Origin: a candidate division WOR-3 bacterium
GTDB taxonomy: Bacteria; Hydrothermota; Tepidihabitantia; Tepidihabitantales; Tepidihabitantaceae
NCBI GenBank assembly: GCA_965649205.1
Contig: CBFGJV010000002.1
Coordinates: 32,001 to 96,000, forward strand
DNA length: 64,000 nt
Direction of reading: 5' to 3'
Shown: positions 55,731 to 64,000 of the stretch, one piece after another
Layout of the letters: every line of letters starts with the position of its first letter
Numbering within the stretch: position 1 is the stretch's first letter
Translations under genes and position numbers: made by a program
The notes under the pieces: generated by a model
The model's database searches: none
The model's input: the letters and a program-made list of their open reading frames with translations, nothing else
Told to the model about the DNA's origin: nothing

Positions 55731-56416
55731 GGTCCTTTTCGTTTCTTCAGTCCCTCAGCTTCATAATTTTGGCTTTACTTGTGGTTGGCTGGGCAGAATT
55801 ACTGCTGCCGGTGAAGGAGAGCATCCACACGGATGTAATCCATCTGGCCGGGCGAATATACCAGCTACGCCGCATGAGGGAGAGAGAACGGCTGTTGATT
55901 CCCAAACTGGAGCAGGAAATCAGAGAGCAGGCCCGGGCGGCGAGCGAACTGGCTGACAAGTTCGCCAGCGCCTTTTCCAATGACCTGTATCTGGCCATAA
56001 ACACTGCGGCTAACCGTTTGTACCTGCGTCGGGGAAGAGAGTTGAGACATGAGGCGGTTATTTCCACCGGCACCAGCGATACGTTGAGAGCCCCCGGCCG
56101 CAGATGGATATTCGATACTCCCCGAGGTATTCTTACCGTGCAGCGCAAGAAGGAGAAGCCGGTGTGGATAAAACCGGACTGGGCTTTTCTGGAGAAGGGG
56201 GAACCGGTGCCACCTCAGAACTCGCCCCTGCGCATACAGCGGGGGATGCTGGGAGAGTATCTGCTCGATCTGGGCGGAGGTATAGCCATTCACGGCACGC
56301 CTTATGAGAACCTGCTGGGTCGGAGCGTAACGCATGGCTGCATCCGGGTAGGAAAAGAGGACCTGAAGGTGCTTTATGATTCTGTGCCTGTGGGCACGAA
56401 GGTGTATATTTACTGA
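55727..56416 (+). CDS. L,D-transpeptidase (YkuD) family protein, N-terminal TM plus coiled coil
   Basis: TPRG, P.W..PDW, IHGT....LGRSVTHGCIR. Confidence 0.9.
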   Translation: MRSFSFLQSLSFIILALLVVGWAELLLPVKESIHTDVIHLAGRIYQLRRMRERERLLIPKLEQEIREQARAASELADKFASAFSNDLYLAINTAANRLYLRRGRELRHEAVISTGTSDTLRAPGRRWIFDTPRGILTVQRKKEKPVWIKPDWAFLEKGEPVPPQNSPLRIQRGMLGEYLLDLGGGIAIHGTPYENLLGRSVTHGCIRVGKEDLKVLYDSVPVGTKVYIY

Positions 56417-57072
56417 TGGCGCTACAAAAGCTGAGGCAGACTTTATCCATTCTTTCTGTGGTGTTGCTGGCTCTAGCTCTGGCTCGTCTGGCCGATGCTG
56501 TGGGTAAGAGAGAACTTTTGCGGGCGGCGCGTGAGGCGCAGGAAGAGCAGGAGCGAGTGAGGGCCGAGTTTGAGCGCCTGGTGGATGAAAAAGTCAGGTT
56601 AGAACTGGACCAGCAGTTACTTCAGCAGAGATTGCAGTTTCTGTCTCGTTCAGAGCATTATCTGGTCGTAAATAGGGCGAAAAGTCGCCTGCAGATGGGG
56701 CTGGGTGACAAGATTCTGCTGGAGGTGCCATTCCGTTTGCGCGGTACTCCGGACGGAGTAGATGATTTCCTGTCTTTGCCCAAGGGAAAGTTTGAGATTC
56801 TGGGCAGGCGAGAGAATACAGACTGGTACATTCCTGACTGGGTATATCGCCTGCAGGGAGTGGAGCCACCGGCCGAGTCTGCTGCCAGGGTAATCAAGTA
56901 TGCGTTCGGTTCTGGTGAACTGTTTTTGGGCGGGGGTATTTCCATACACGGCCCGGTGCGAGAGGAAGTTCCCGAGGGCGCCATCGACCATACTTACATC
57001 GAACTGGATAATAAATCGCTCACGGCGGTGGTGACTGCGCTCAAGGCTGGTTCGCTTGTGTTCATAGACTGA
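56416..57072 (+). CDS. L,D-transpeptidase-like protein lacking the catalytic Cys
   Basis: LPKG.F, WYIPDW, IHGP; the HGC site reads HTY. Confidence 0.7.
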   Translation: MALQKLRQTLSILSVVLLALALARLADAVGKRELLRAAREAQEEQERVRAEFERLVDEKVRLELDQQLLQQRLQFLSRSEHYLVVNRAKSRLQMGLGDKILLEVPFRLRGTPDGVDDFLSLPKGKFEILGRRENTDWYIPDWVYRLQGVEPPAESAARVIKYAFGSGELFLGGGISIHGPVREEVPEGAIDHTYIELDNKSLTAVVTALKAGSLVFID

Positions 57073-57167
57073 CCAAGCGTTGACAGCTGCTGCAGCTTGG
57101 TTATTCTGCCTTGACCGCGGAGTTTTGTAGAGTGTTTGCGCTCTTTTTCTGATTCTTGGTCGCAACC

Positions 57168-57254
<87 letters not shown>

Positions 57255-57331
57255 TTTCCGCTGGGTAGTTGCGTACCTTCCATCTCGCATAGACGCAACA
57301 TCCTATTTCTTCAATTGTGGTCTAAGTGCTG

Positions 57332-59830
57332 ATGGAAGAGAAAACGCGTATTCACATTGATCCGGTATGCCGGATGAAGGTCACAGAAGGCCAGCAGGCG
57401 GCCACATCCGTGTACAAGGGCGACACCTACTATTTTTGCAATCTGAAGTGCAAATTACGTTTTGACCAAGAGCCGGAAAAGTTTCTCAAATTCCAGGAAG
57501 AAGGAAGGACGGCGGTTCAAAATGAAATCAGTCGGGAGGGTGACGTCGAGTCGGGAAGGCCAACTGCCCAGCCGGCGGGCAGAACGCGGATTGCAACGCT
57601 TACAATCGGCGGTATGACCTGTGCGTCTTGTGTTACCACGGTTGAGAAGGCACTTTCCCGCGTGCGAGGCGTGAGGTCCGCGGTCGTAAACTTTGCGGTT
57701 GAGAAGGCGATTGTGGAGTACGACCCGAATGTGGCATCAGTAGCTGATCTGGAAAGGGCGGTAATTGAAGCAGGGTATGAGATTCTCCGGCCACAGGCCG
57801 GGACCAAGGACGGGGCTGAGGAAGAACAGCGACGGGCAGCAAACAAACTCGTCTGGGTCTGGTTTCTGGCGGGCGTTCCCATGGCTCTGATGCTTTTGCA
57901 TCATCTTCTGCATCTGCGTTTGCCGAGCAAGGTTGTGGTTGATGTTCTTTTTGGCGCTGCAGCGCTTTTTGGTCCGGGATGGAATACTCTTAAAGGTGCG
58001 TGGAGCTCAGTACGGGCTGGCTCAGCTTCTATGGATGTGCTCATTGTGTTAGGGGCGGCGGCGGCGCTGGGGTCCGGGATTGCGGTGTTAACTGGATTGC
58101 CCATAAGAAGTTTTGCAGACGCTGGGGGCATGATTCTAGCTGTGTTTCTTATCGGCCGGTATATTGAGGCAAAATCCAAGGGACGTACGTCGCAGGCGAT
58201 TCGCAAGCTTGTCGCTCTGGGCGCGAGGACCGCGCGAGTACGGCTGGCTGATGGCACAGAGAAGGAAATACCAGTCGCCCAGCTTCGTCCTGGTGATGTG
58301 ATGGTGGTGAGGCCGGGTGAAAAAATACCGACAGACGGTCTGATTCTGGAGGGTTCAACAGTGGTGGACGAGTCAATGGCTACCGGTGAGCCAATGCCGG
58401 TGGAAAAAAGGCCAGGGGATGAGGTCATTGGGGCGACTGTAAATGGCAATGGGGTTATTACTGTCCAGGCCAAAAAGGTCGGTGCAGACACATTTCTTGC
58501 GCAGGTTATCAAGCTGGTTGAAGAGGCTCAGAGCGCAAAGATACCGATCCAGGCATTCGCTGACAGGGTTACTGCCCGGTTCGTGCCGGCTGTGCTTGTA
58601 ACCGCAATAGTGACTTTCCTTACCTGGTTTTTCTTTCCTTCTCTATTCCAGCCAGTTTTGAACTGGGCCGCAGGTTTCCTGCCTTGGGTTGATCCCCAAA
58701 TGCCGACGTTTTCACTTGCATTCTTTGCCAGTGTGGCGGTTCTGGTTATCGCTTGTCCTTGTGCTTTGGGTCTGGCCACTCCGACTGCGCTCATGGTTGG
58801 CTCGGGTGTGGCTGCGGAGCGGGGTATCCTTTTCTGTTCGGGTGAGGCGGTCCAGACCTTGAAAGATGTGAAGGTGGTGGCGTTCGACAAAACCGGGACC
58901 ATAACTAGGGGTAGGCCCGAGGTAACAGACGTGATTACCGCAGCCGGTGTAAGCCGGGAGGAATTACTTGCCTTTGCGGCCGCCTTGGAGCGAGAATCAG
59001 AGCATCCATTAGCTCAGGCGATTATGGCGGCAGTGGGGGAGAATTGTGGGGCGGGTCAGATATGTCAGATTGCTCGGGTGAGTTCAAGCGGAGTTGAGGC
59101 TGTGCCGGGTCTTGGAATTAGAGGGTTGGTCAAAGGTAGGCTGGCTTTGGTTGGAAAGGAGAAGCTGCTGACCGAACACGGTATCAAGACAGATTCTTTG
59201 CAGGTTCAGGCTGCAGAGCTTGAAGCCCGGGCCAGAACCGTTCTGTTCGTCGGGCATGATGGCAGGGTACTCGGACTGATTGGCGTGGCCGATGCGGTCA
59301 AGTCGGAATCGGCTCAGGCAGTTGCGGAGTTGAAGGCCCTTGACATTGTACCGGTGATGCTCACCGGTGACAACCGTACCACTGCTGAGGCGGTTGGCCG
59401 AGAGGTAGGTATCGAACGGGTGGTGGCTGGTCTGCTGCCAGCACAAAAGCAGGAGGTTCTGGCATCGCTGCGGAAAGAATTTGGGCCTGTGGCGATGGTA
59501 GGAGACGGTATCAATGACGCACCAGCCCTCAGAGCGGCAGATGTCGGTATTGCCATAGGCACTGGGACAGATGTTGCCATAGAGGCGTCTGATGTAACAC
59601 TGATACGAGGCGATTTGTCAGGTGTGGTTACGGCTATAAGGTTATCGCGTGCCATTTTTGCCAAGGTTAGGCAGAATCTTTTCTGGGCCTTTTTTTACAA
59701 TGCAGTGGCCATACCTGTGGCAATGCTTGGTCTGTTACATCCGATAGTCGCCGAGGCGGCTATGGCTTTATCTTCAATCAACGTCGTGTCTAACTCTCTG
59801 CGTTTGCGGGCATTTCGTGACCGCGGTTAG
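57332..59830 (+). CDS. copA: Copper-translocating P1B-type ATPase with YHS and HMA domains
   Basis: DPVC.M..YYFC...[41 protein letters not shown] and MALSS. Confidence 0.93.
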   Translation: MEEKTRIHIDPVCRMKVTEGQQAATSVYKGDTYYFCNLKCKLRFDQEPEKFLKFQEEGRTAVQNEISREGDVESGRPTAQPAGRTRIATLTIGGMTCASCVTTVEKALSRVRGVRSAVVNFAVEKAIVEYDPNVASVADLERAVIEAGYEILRPQAGTKDGAEEEQRRAANKLVWVWFLAGVPMALMLLHHLLHLRLPSKVVVDVLFGAAALFGPGWNTLKGAWSSVRAGSASMDVLIVLGAAAALGSGIAVLTGLPIRSFADAGGMILAVFLIGRYIEAKSKGRTSQAIRKLVALGARTARVRLADGTEKEIPVAQLRPGDVMVVRPGEKIPTDGLILEGSTVVDESMATGEPMPVEKRPGDEVIGATVNGNGVITVQAKKVGADTFLAQVIKLVEEAQSAKIPIQAFADRVTARFVPAVLVTAIVTFLTWFFFPSLFQPVLNWAAGFLPWVDPQMPTFSLAFFASVAVLVIACPCALGLATPTALMVGSGVAAERGILFCSGEAVQTLKDVKVVAFDKTGTITRGRPEVTDVITAAGVSREELLAFAAALERESEHPLAQAIMAAVGENCGAGQICQIARVSSSGVEAVPGLGIRGLVKGRLALVGKEKLLTEHGIKTDSLQVQAAELEARARTVLFVGHDGRVLGLIGVADAVKSESAQAVAELKALDIVPVMLTGDNRTTAEAVGREVGIERVVAGLLPAQKQEVLASLRKEFGPVAMVGDGINDAPALRAADVGIAIGTGTDVAIEASDVTLIRGDLSGVVTAIRLSRAIFAKVRQNLFWAFFYNAVAIPVAMLGLLHPIVAEAAMALSSINVVSNSLRLRAFRDRG

Positions 59831-59912
59831 CCTGATATTAGTGTTGACACTTTTGAAGAGTGTTTTAGGATAACAGTAGCTGTAAGAGCAAGCATAAAAA
59901 AGGAGGATGCTT

Positions 59913-61679
59913 ATGTACCGATTGCTGTTCGTAGGCATGATTCTGCCGGCATTGCTTCTGGCAGGTTACACTCAGCCTTTAATAGTTCTGCCAGAGGAGA
60001 AAGCGCCGGTAGTGACGGGTCCGGCTCTGAAAGAACCCGGCCAGTATTCTTTTCCTCCAGAAGGCGAGATTTGCCTTCTGGGTACGCTGGATACGGTAGG
60101 TGGTACTACTTATGACTGGCAGGCTAACGGTCCGGCCTTGCGTATGCTCGTGAATTCTCCAGGTCACGGAGTACATGTCCTTTGGATGTATTCAGCTTCT
60201 ACTTCTGGTACCACATTTCCAGACCGTAACATGCGCTACAACTACTACGACTATACGACGCGTTCCTGGCTGTGGGTTGATCCGGATTTCATGCAGTCGG
60301 GTGTGAACGTGTATACCTACCGTACTGGTTTTGGTTCTCTGTCAGCTCGACCCAGCGACGGAGCGGCCGTGATTTCTGCTCACCACGCTACGAGTTCTAT
60401 AGCTCCCGTGTTGGCGCGTGATGTTGAAGCTGGTGCGGGCATTTTTGACTACCTACCCGGTGAACCCACGATTGACGGCTACCAGTGGCCGTATGTATCA
60501 GTAGGTTCTCAGGAATACTACCAGCTAGCGATGATAGAAGGAGCAACGCAGGATTCGTTGTACTACAGCCGTTCCCCTAATTTTGTGAACTGGGTGCAGG
60601 CTCAACCCATTCCTAGTCCCAAACCGGACGCCATGTTTCCTACCCACCAGATTGCTGCCTCGCTTGTTCCTGGTTCACAAAAAGTGGTTATTACCTGGGT
60701 AGCTACAGGTAGCACACCCTATACAGGACATTATCGTTTGTCTACAGACGGTGGGGTTAATTGGCAGGCTCCTCAGGATTTGCCGCATCCCCCTGCTTAT
60801 GGTGGAGATACAGTGACTTCCTATCATATTACTTCGCTTTTCCCCATGTTTGACCGAAATGACAGGTTGCACGTAGTGGCTAACGTTATGCCTTATGTAG
60901 GCGGCAACGGTTACATCATTCCGGCGCAGTTGTGGCACTGGTGTCCAGAGAATACTCCAAACTGGTCAAGAATAGCCATTGCTACCTGTGACCCGAATAA
61001 CCTGAGGGCGGCTGTGGGGTATAACGCCATGTATGCCTGTCGTCCTAGCATGGGAGTAGATGGAAACGGCAACCTGTTTGTTGCCTGGGAGCAGTTTGAT
61101 TCGGCTAATGTAGAGCCGGGACCTCCGGAGCGGCTTCGGGCAGATATATTCGTAGCCAGTTCTAGTAACAATGGGCAGAGTTGGACGGCGCCGCAGAAGT
61201 TGACTAATGCTGGCACCAGTTCGTGTCGTTTTCCGTCCATATTGGATAACATCGCTGATACAGTAATGGTGGCGTATATGATTGACCTCAAGGCGGGGTT
61301 CTTCCTTTACGGTGAAAATGTGGCCACAAACAATCCTATAGTGGTACAAAAGTGGCCTAACCCTTATGTCGGAGGTGTGTCTGGCGAGAAACATTTCCGT
61401 CCCGCGCACGCCGGCATTTCAGTCAGCCCAAATCCTTTTGCCAGAGACGTACATATAACTTATGAGGTGCCCAGACGGAGCAAGGCAACTATAGAGGTTT
61501 ATGACCCTGTCGGCAGACTCGTGCGTGTTATAGTTGCTGGCCAGCAGGACCCGGGACGGTTTTCAGCGGTCTGGAACGGATGCGATGACGCTGGAAACAG
61601 AGTGTCTCCGGGGGTGTATTTCTACCGGTATTCTTTGGACAAGGAGCGTTTGACCGGCAAATTGATGCTTATAGATTGA
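59913..61679 (+). CDS. Secreted protein with BNR-like repeats and T9SS/FlgD-type C-terminal domain
   Basis: Signal peptide; STDGGVNW and SSNNGQSW; SPNPF...YD..GR.VR...WNG.D..G..V.PGVYF; promoter TTGACA-N16-TAGGAT at 59844-59871. Confidence 0.8.
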   Translation: MYRLLFVGMILPALLLAGYTQPLIVLPEEKAPVVTGPALKEPGQYSFPPEGEICLLGTLDTVGGTTYDWQANGPALRMLVNSPGHGVHVLWMYSASTSGTTFPDRNMRYNYYDYTTRSWLWVDPDFMQSGVNVYTYRTGFGSLSARPSDGAAVISAHHATSSIAPVLARDVEAGAGIFDYLPGEPTIDGYQWPYVSVGSQEYYQLAMIEGATQDSLYYSRSPNFVNWVQAQPIPSPKPDAMFPTHQIAASLVPGSQKVVITWVATGSTPYTGHYRLSTDGGVNWQAPQDLPHPPAYGGDTVTSYHITSLFPMFDRNDRLHVVANVMPYVGGNGYIIPAQLWHWCPENTPNWSRIAIATCDPNNLRAAVGYNAMYACRPSMGVDGNGNLFVAWEQFDSANVEPGPPERLRADIFVASSSNNGQSWTAPQKLTNAGTSSCRFPSILDNIADTVMVAYMIDLKAGFFLYGENVATNNPIVVQKWPNPYVGGVSGEKHFRPAHAGISVSPNPFARDVHITYEVPRRSKATIEVYDPVGRLVRVIVAGQQDPGRFSAVWNGCDDAGNRVSPGVYFYRYSLDKERLTGKLMLID

Positions 61680-61700
61680 GTGATTTGGTAGTAGGATTTC

Positions 61701-61730
61701 AAGGGCGCTTGCTTCGGCAGCGCCCTTTTT
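61701..61730 (+). terminator. Rho-independent terminator
   Basis: GGGCGCT(T)GC-TTCG-GCAGCGCCC followed by T5. Confidence 0.8.
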
Positions 61731-61776
61731 CACTTTGCATTGACTGAGCCGGACCCAAGATTATGATGATTATGGA

Positions 61777-63252
61777 TTGGTGAGATTGATGCTTTCAGTA
61801 CTTCTGGTTCTGGTTGGAATGTCCTGCGCCGGACAGAAGGAGGTTACTATGATTAGACAGCCGGCGGTTGCCGGTCAATTCTACCCACAGGATGCAAAAA
61901 TCCTTGCCAAAATGGTAGATCAAATGCTGGCCGATGCTATTCCCCCAGTTATCAGCGGTCGGATTATAGGCGTGCAGGTTCCACATGCGGGGTATCCGTA
62001 TTCCGGGCCCACTGCAGCTTATGCCTACAAGCTGTTATCCGGCATTGATTCAGTGACAGTGGTAATGCTGGGACCGAGCCATCGCGTACTCCTGCAACGG
62101 GCTGCTGTATATGCCAAAGGTTGCTGGCGTACTCCACTGGGAGACGTGCCGGTAGATGCGGAGCTGGCAAAGAAGATCCTTGCCGAAGACGACTATTTTG
62201 TGGAGCAGCCCGAAGCACAGAAAGAAGAACATTCATTAGAAGTACAACTACCTTTTCTGCAGCGCGTACTGCCTAATTTTAAGATTGTGCCGATTATGCT
62301 TCTGCAGCCTACTTGGGAACAGTGTGAGAGAATGGGTAAAGCGATTGTCCGGGCGGTAAAGGGAAGGAAGGTAATCCTTTTGGCCTCCAGTGATTTATAC
62401 CACGGATATGACTATGCAGAGGCTAAAACAACCGACAGCGCTACCGTTGGCCTTCTGGCGGCATTCAGTCCCAGAGCGCTGTATCAGTCACTGCAAGAAG
62501 GCAAGGCACAGGCCTGTGGTGGATACCCGATAGTCTGTATTATGATAGCAGCTCAGGAATTGGGCGCAGACCGGGCAATAGTTCTCCATACCACAAATTC
62601 TAATGATGTAATGGGAGAACGTGGTGGCTATTGTGTAGGATACAGCGCAACGGTTTTTGTCGCTGGGGCCTCGAATGCAGAGTTGGGTACGGATGCAGAG
62701 TACGGATTGACAGAAGCAGAAAAGAAAAATTTGTTGGAGATAGCCCGCAACACTCTGGAAAGCTACATACGTACGGGAAAGATTCCGGAAGCGAGACCGT
62801 TGACTGCGCGTCTGAGCGAAAAACGCGGGGTGTTCGTTACTCTGCACAAGAAAGGGCAACTGCGGGGGTGTATCGGCTATGTGGAGCCGGTGAAGCCTCT
62901 GTATGAAGCTGTGAGTGACATGGCTATTGCGGCTTCTACTGAAGACCCCCGTTTTCCCCAGGTGCAGGCAGCGGAGCTTTCAGAGATTGATATAGAGATA
63001 ACCGTACTCAGCCCCTTGGTGCGTATCTCTGATCCGCAGTCGGTGGTGGTGGGTAAACATGGGCTCGTGATGCGTCGAGGCGGCCGGTCTGGTTTGCTTC
63101 TACCGCAGGTGCCAGTGGAGCAGGGCTGGAACCGGGAGGAATTCTTGGCTTATACCTGTCTCAAGGCCGGTCTCCCTCAGGACGCATGGAAGGATAAGGA
63201 TACCGAGATATACGTTTTCACCGGCGAAGTATTCGGAGAGAAGGCGCATTAG
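61777..63252 (+). CDS. AmmeMemoRadiSam system protein B (MEMO1) / protein A (AMMECR1) fusion
   Basis: R.PAVAG.FYP, PHAGY.YSG, EHSLEVQLPFLQ, SSDL.H; then GVFVTL...G.LRGCIG, DPRF, GLLLPQV; alternative start at ATG 61849. Confidence 0.92.
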   Translation: MVRLMLSVLLVLVGMSCAGQKEVTMIRQPAVAGQFYPQDAKILAKMVDQMLADAIPPVISGRIIGVQVPHAGYPYSGPTAAYAYKLLSGIDSVTVVMLGPSHRVLLQRAAVYAKGCWRTPLGDVPVDAELAKKILAEDDYFVEQPEAQKEEHSLEVQLPFLQRVLPNFKIVPIMLLQPTWEQCERMGKAIVRAVKGRKVILLASSDLYHGYDYAEAKTTDSATVGLLAAFSPRALYQSLQEGKAQACGGYPIVCIMIAAQELGADRAIVLHTTNSNDVMGERGGYCVGYSATVFVAGASNAELGTDAEYGLTEAEKKNLLEIARNTLESYIRTGKIPEARPLTARLSEKRGVFVTLHKKGQLRGCIGYVEPVKPLYEAVSDMAIAASTEDPRFPQVQAAELSEIDIEITVLSPLVRISDPQSVVVGKHGLVMRRGGRSGLLLPQVPVEQGWNREEFLAYTCLKAGLPQDAWKDKDTEIYVFTGEVFGEKAH

Positions 63253-63285
63253 CCGGCGATAGCTTTTGGGAAAGCAAAGAGTGCT

Positions 63286-63936
63286 CTAGCGTAGGAAGAG
63301 TAGTACGCGAACAGACAAGAAAATAAAGTAGATTCCGACGAGAACTGAGGCGAACCGGGCCGCAAAGCGTACAGAATCAAAGCGGGCTGCCAGGCCGGAG
63401 AAAAGTAACGGTAGCAGGTAGACACTGGTAGCCAGGAAGAATGCTAGAAAAAATACCATTCCCTGTATTATTCCACCTACATCTAGTACTGCCGTGACGG
63501 CCAGCAGGAAAGGCGGACAAAGGTTGATGCCGGCCAGGAGACCGAGTAGAGCTGGGTACCAGCGAGATTGAAACCGAGGGCGGAGTACCCGGCAGAGTTC
63601 CAGGCGGGGAAAACTATGGGCAAGGCCATAGAGTATCATCAGGAAGCCAAGCAGGGCATGGAGAATTGGCACCCAGATGGTGCGAAAAGACCAGAACCGA
63701 ACCAAGAATCCGCCTAAAGCACCGAATACCAGTCCAAACAACAGGTAGGCAGAAAGCCGGCCGAGGAGGAATAATGCCAACGTTGCGGCGGATTCGCGTA
63801 AGTGACTTCTGTATGATAGCAACACCGGAGCGACAAGAGGAATACAGAAGCCGAGACAATAGAGGCCAGTAGACAAGCCGAGGAGGAGGGCTCTGCTGGT
63901 CAGGAGCAGAAGCGGCATAGGAGGTTGCGAGTTCAA
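63286..63936 (-). CDS. Sulfite exporter TauE/SafE / DsbD_2-like membrane protein
   Basis: G..C...C.P, F..GRL.AY, G...G...CPP; 6-7 TM helices; start uncertain. Confidence 0.7.
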   Translation of the reverse strand: MNSQPPMPLLLLTSRALLLGLSTGLYCLGFCIPLVAPVLLSYRSHLRESAATLALFLLGRLSAYLLFGLVFGALGGFLVRFWSFRTIWVPILHALLGFLMILYGLAHSFPRLELCRVLRPRFQSRWYPALLGLLAGINLCPPFLLAVTAVLDVGGIIQGMVFFLAFFLATSVYLLPLLFSGLAARFDSVRFAARFASVLVGIYFIFLSVRVLLFLR

Positions 63937-64000
63937 TAGTTCACCTTCCGCCAGAATTCTGGTTCGAAAAAAGACTTTCGTATTGCTGCCGGGCTTTGTC

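Noticed and set aside
63932..64000. 3' end of a further minus-strand gene at the window edge
   Set aside because: All three frames are open over this short stretch, so the coding frame cannot be determined

Overview
A 64-kb gene-dense bacterial chromosomal segment. The lineage looks diderm and FCB-like: two secreted proteins carry T9SS/FlgD-type C-terminal domains and there are three Omp85-family barrels. Affinity to candidate phylum WOR-3 is my inference only. Most of the window is housekeeping: truD, fabD, ino1, tmk, ctpA, mutM, iaaA, mnmG, zapB-zapA-6S RNA-rny-ymdB, rpsP-khpA-trmD-rplS-rnhB-yraN-comM, ptb, ridA, purF, tyrS, rpsR-rplI, tRNA-Ser(GGA), copA and an AmmeMemo B-A fusion. The best candidate for an undescribed system is the tightly coupled operon at 1-5544. 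It encodes a PqqD/RRE protein, an ATP-grasp ligase, a fold-III PLP decarboxylase with a RiPP-leader-like YxxPxI N-terminal tail, a urea-transporter/M23-peptidase fusion and a TPR/beta-barrel protein. Other notable signals are a ~250-bp non-coding element present twice (G-tracts, a 25-bp dyad and a TAATAC-N6-GTATTA palindrome), a strong preference for 16-bp-spacer sigma70 promoters with several leaderless genes, a G12 tract inside mutM, a small protein with three TonB-box-like PEVVV repeats heading a DUF2089/DUF4097 envelope-stress operon, an active/inactive L,D-transpeptidase pair and a lipoprotein with a membrane-free SecD-like domain. No rRNA, CRISPR array, transposase or integrase was seen. 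All family calls come from motif recognition by eye, not from database searches.
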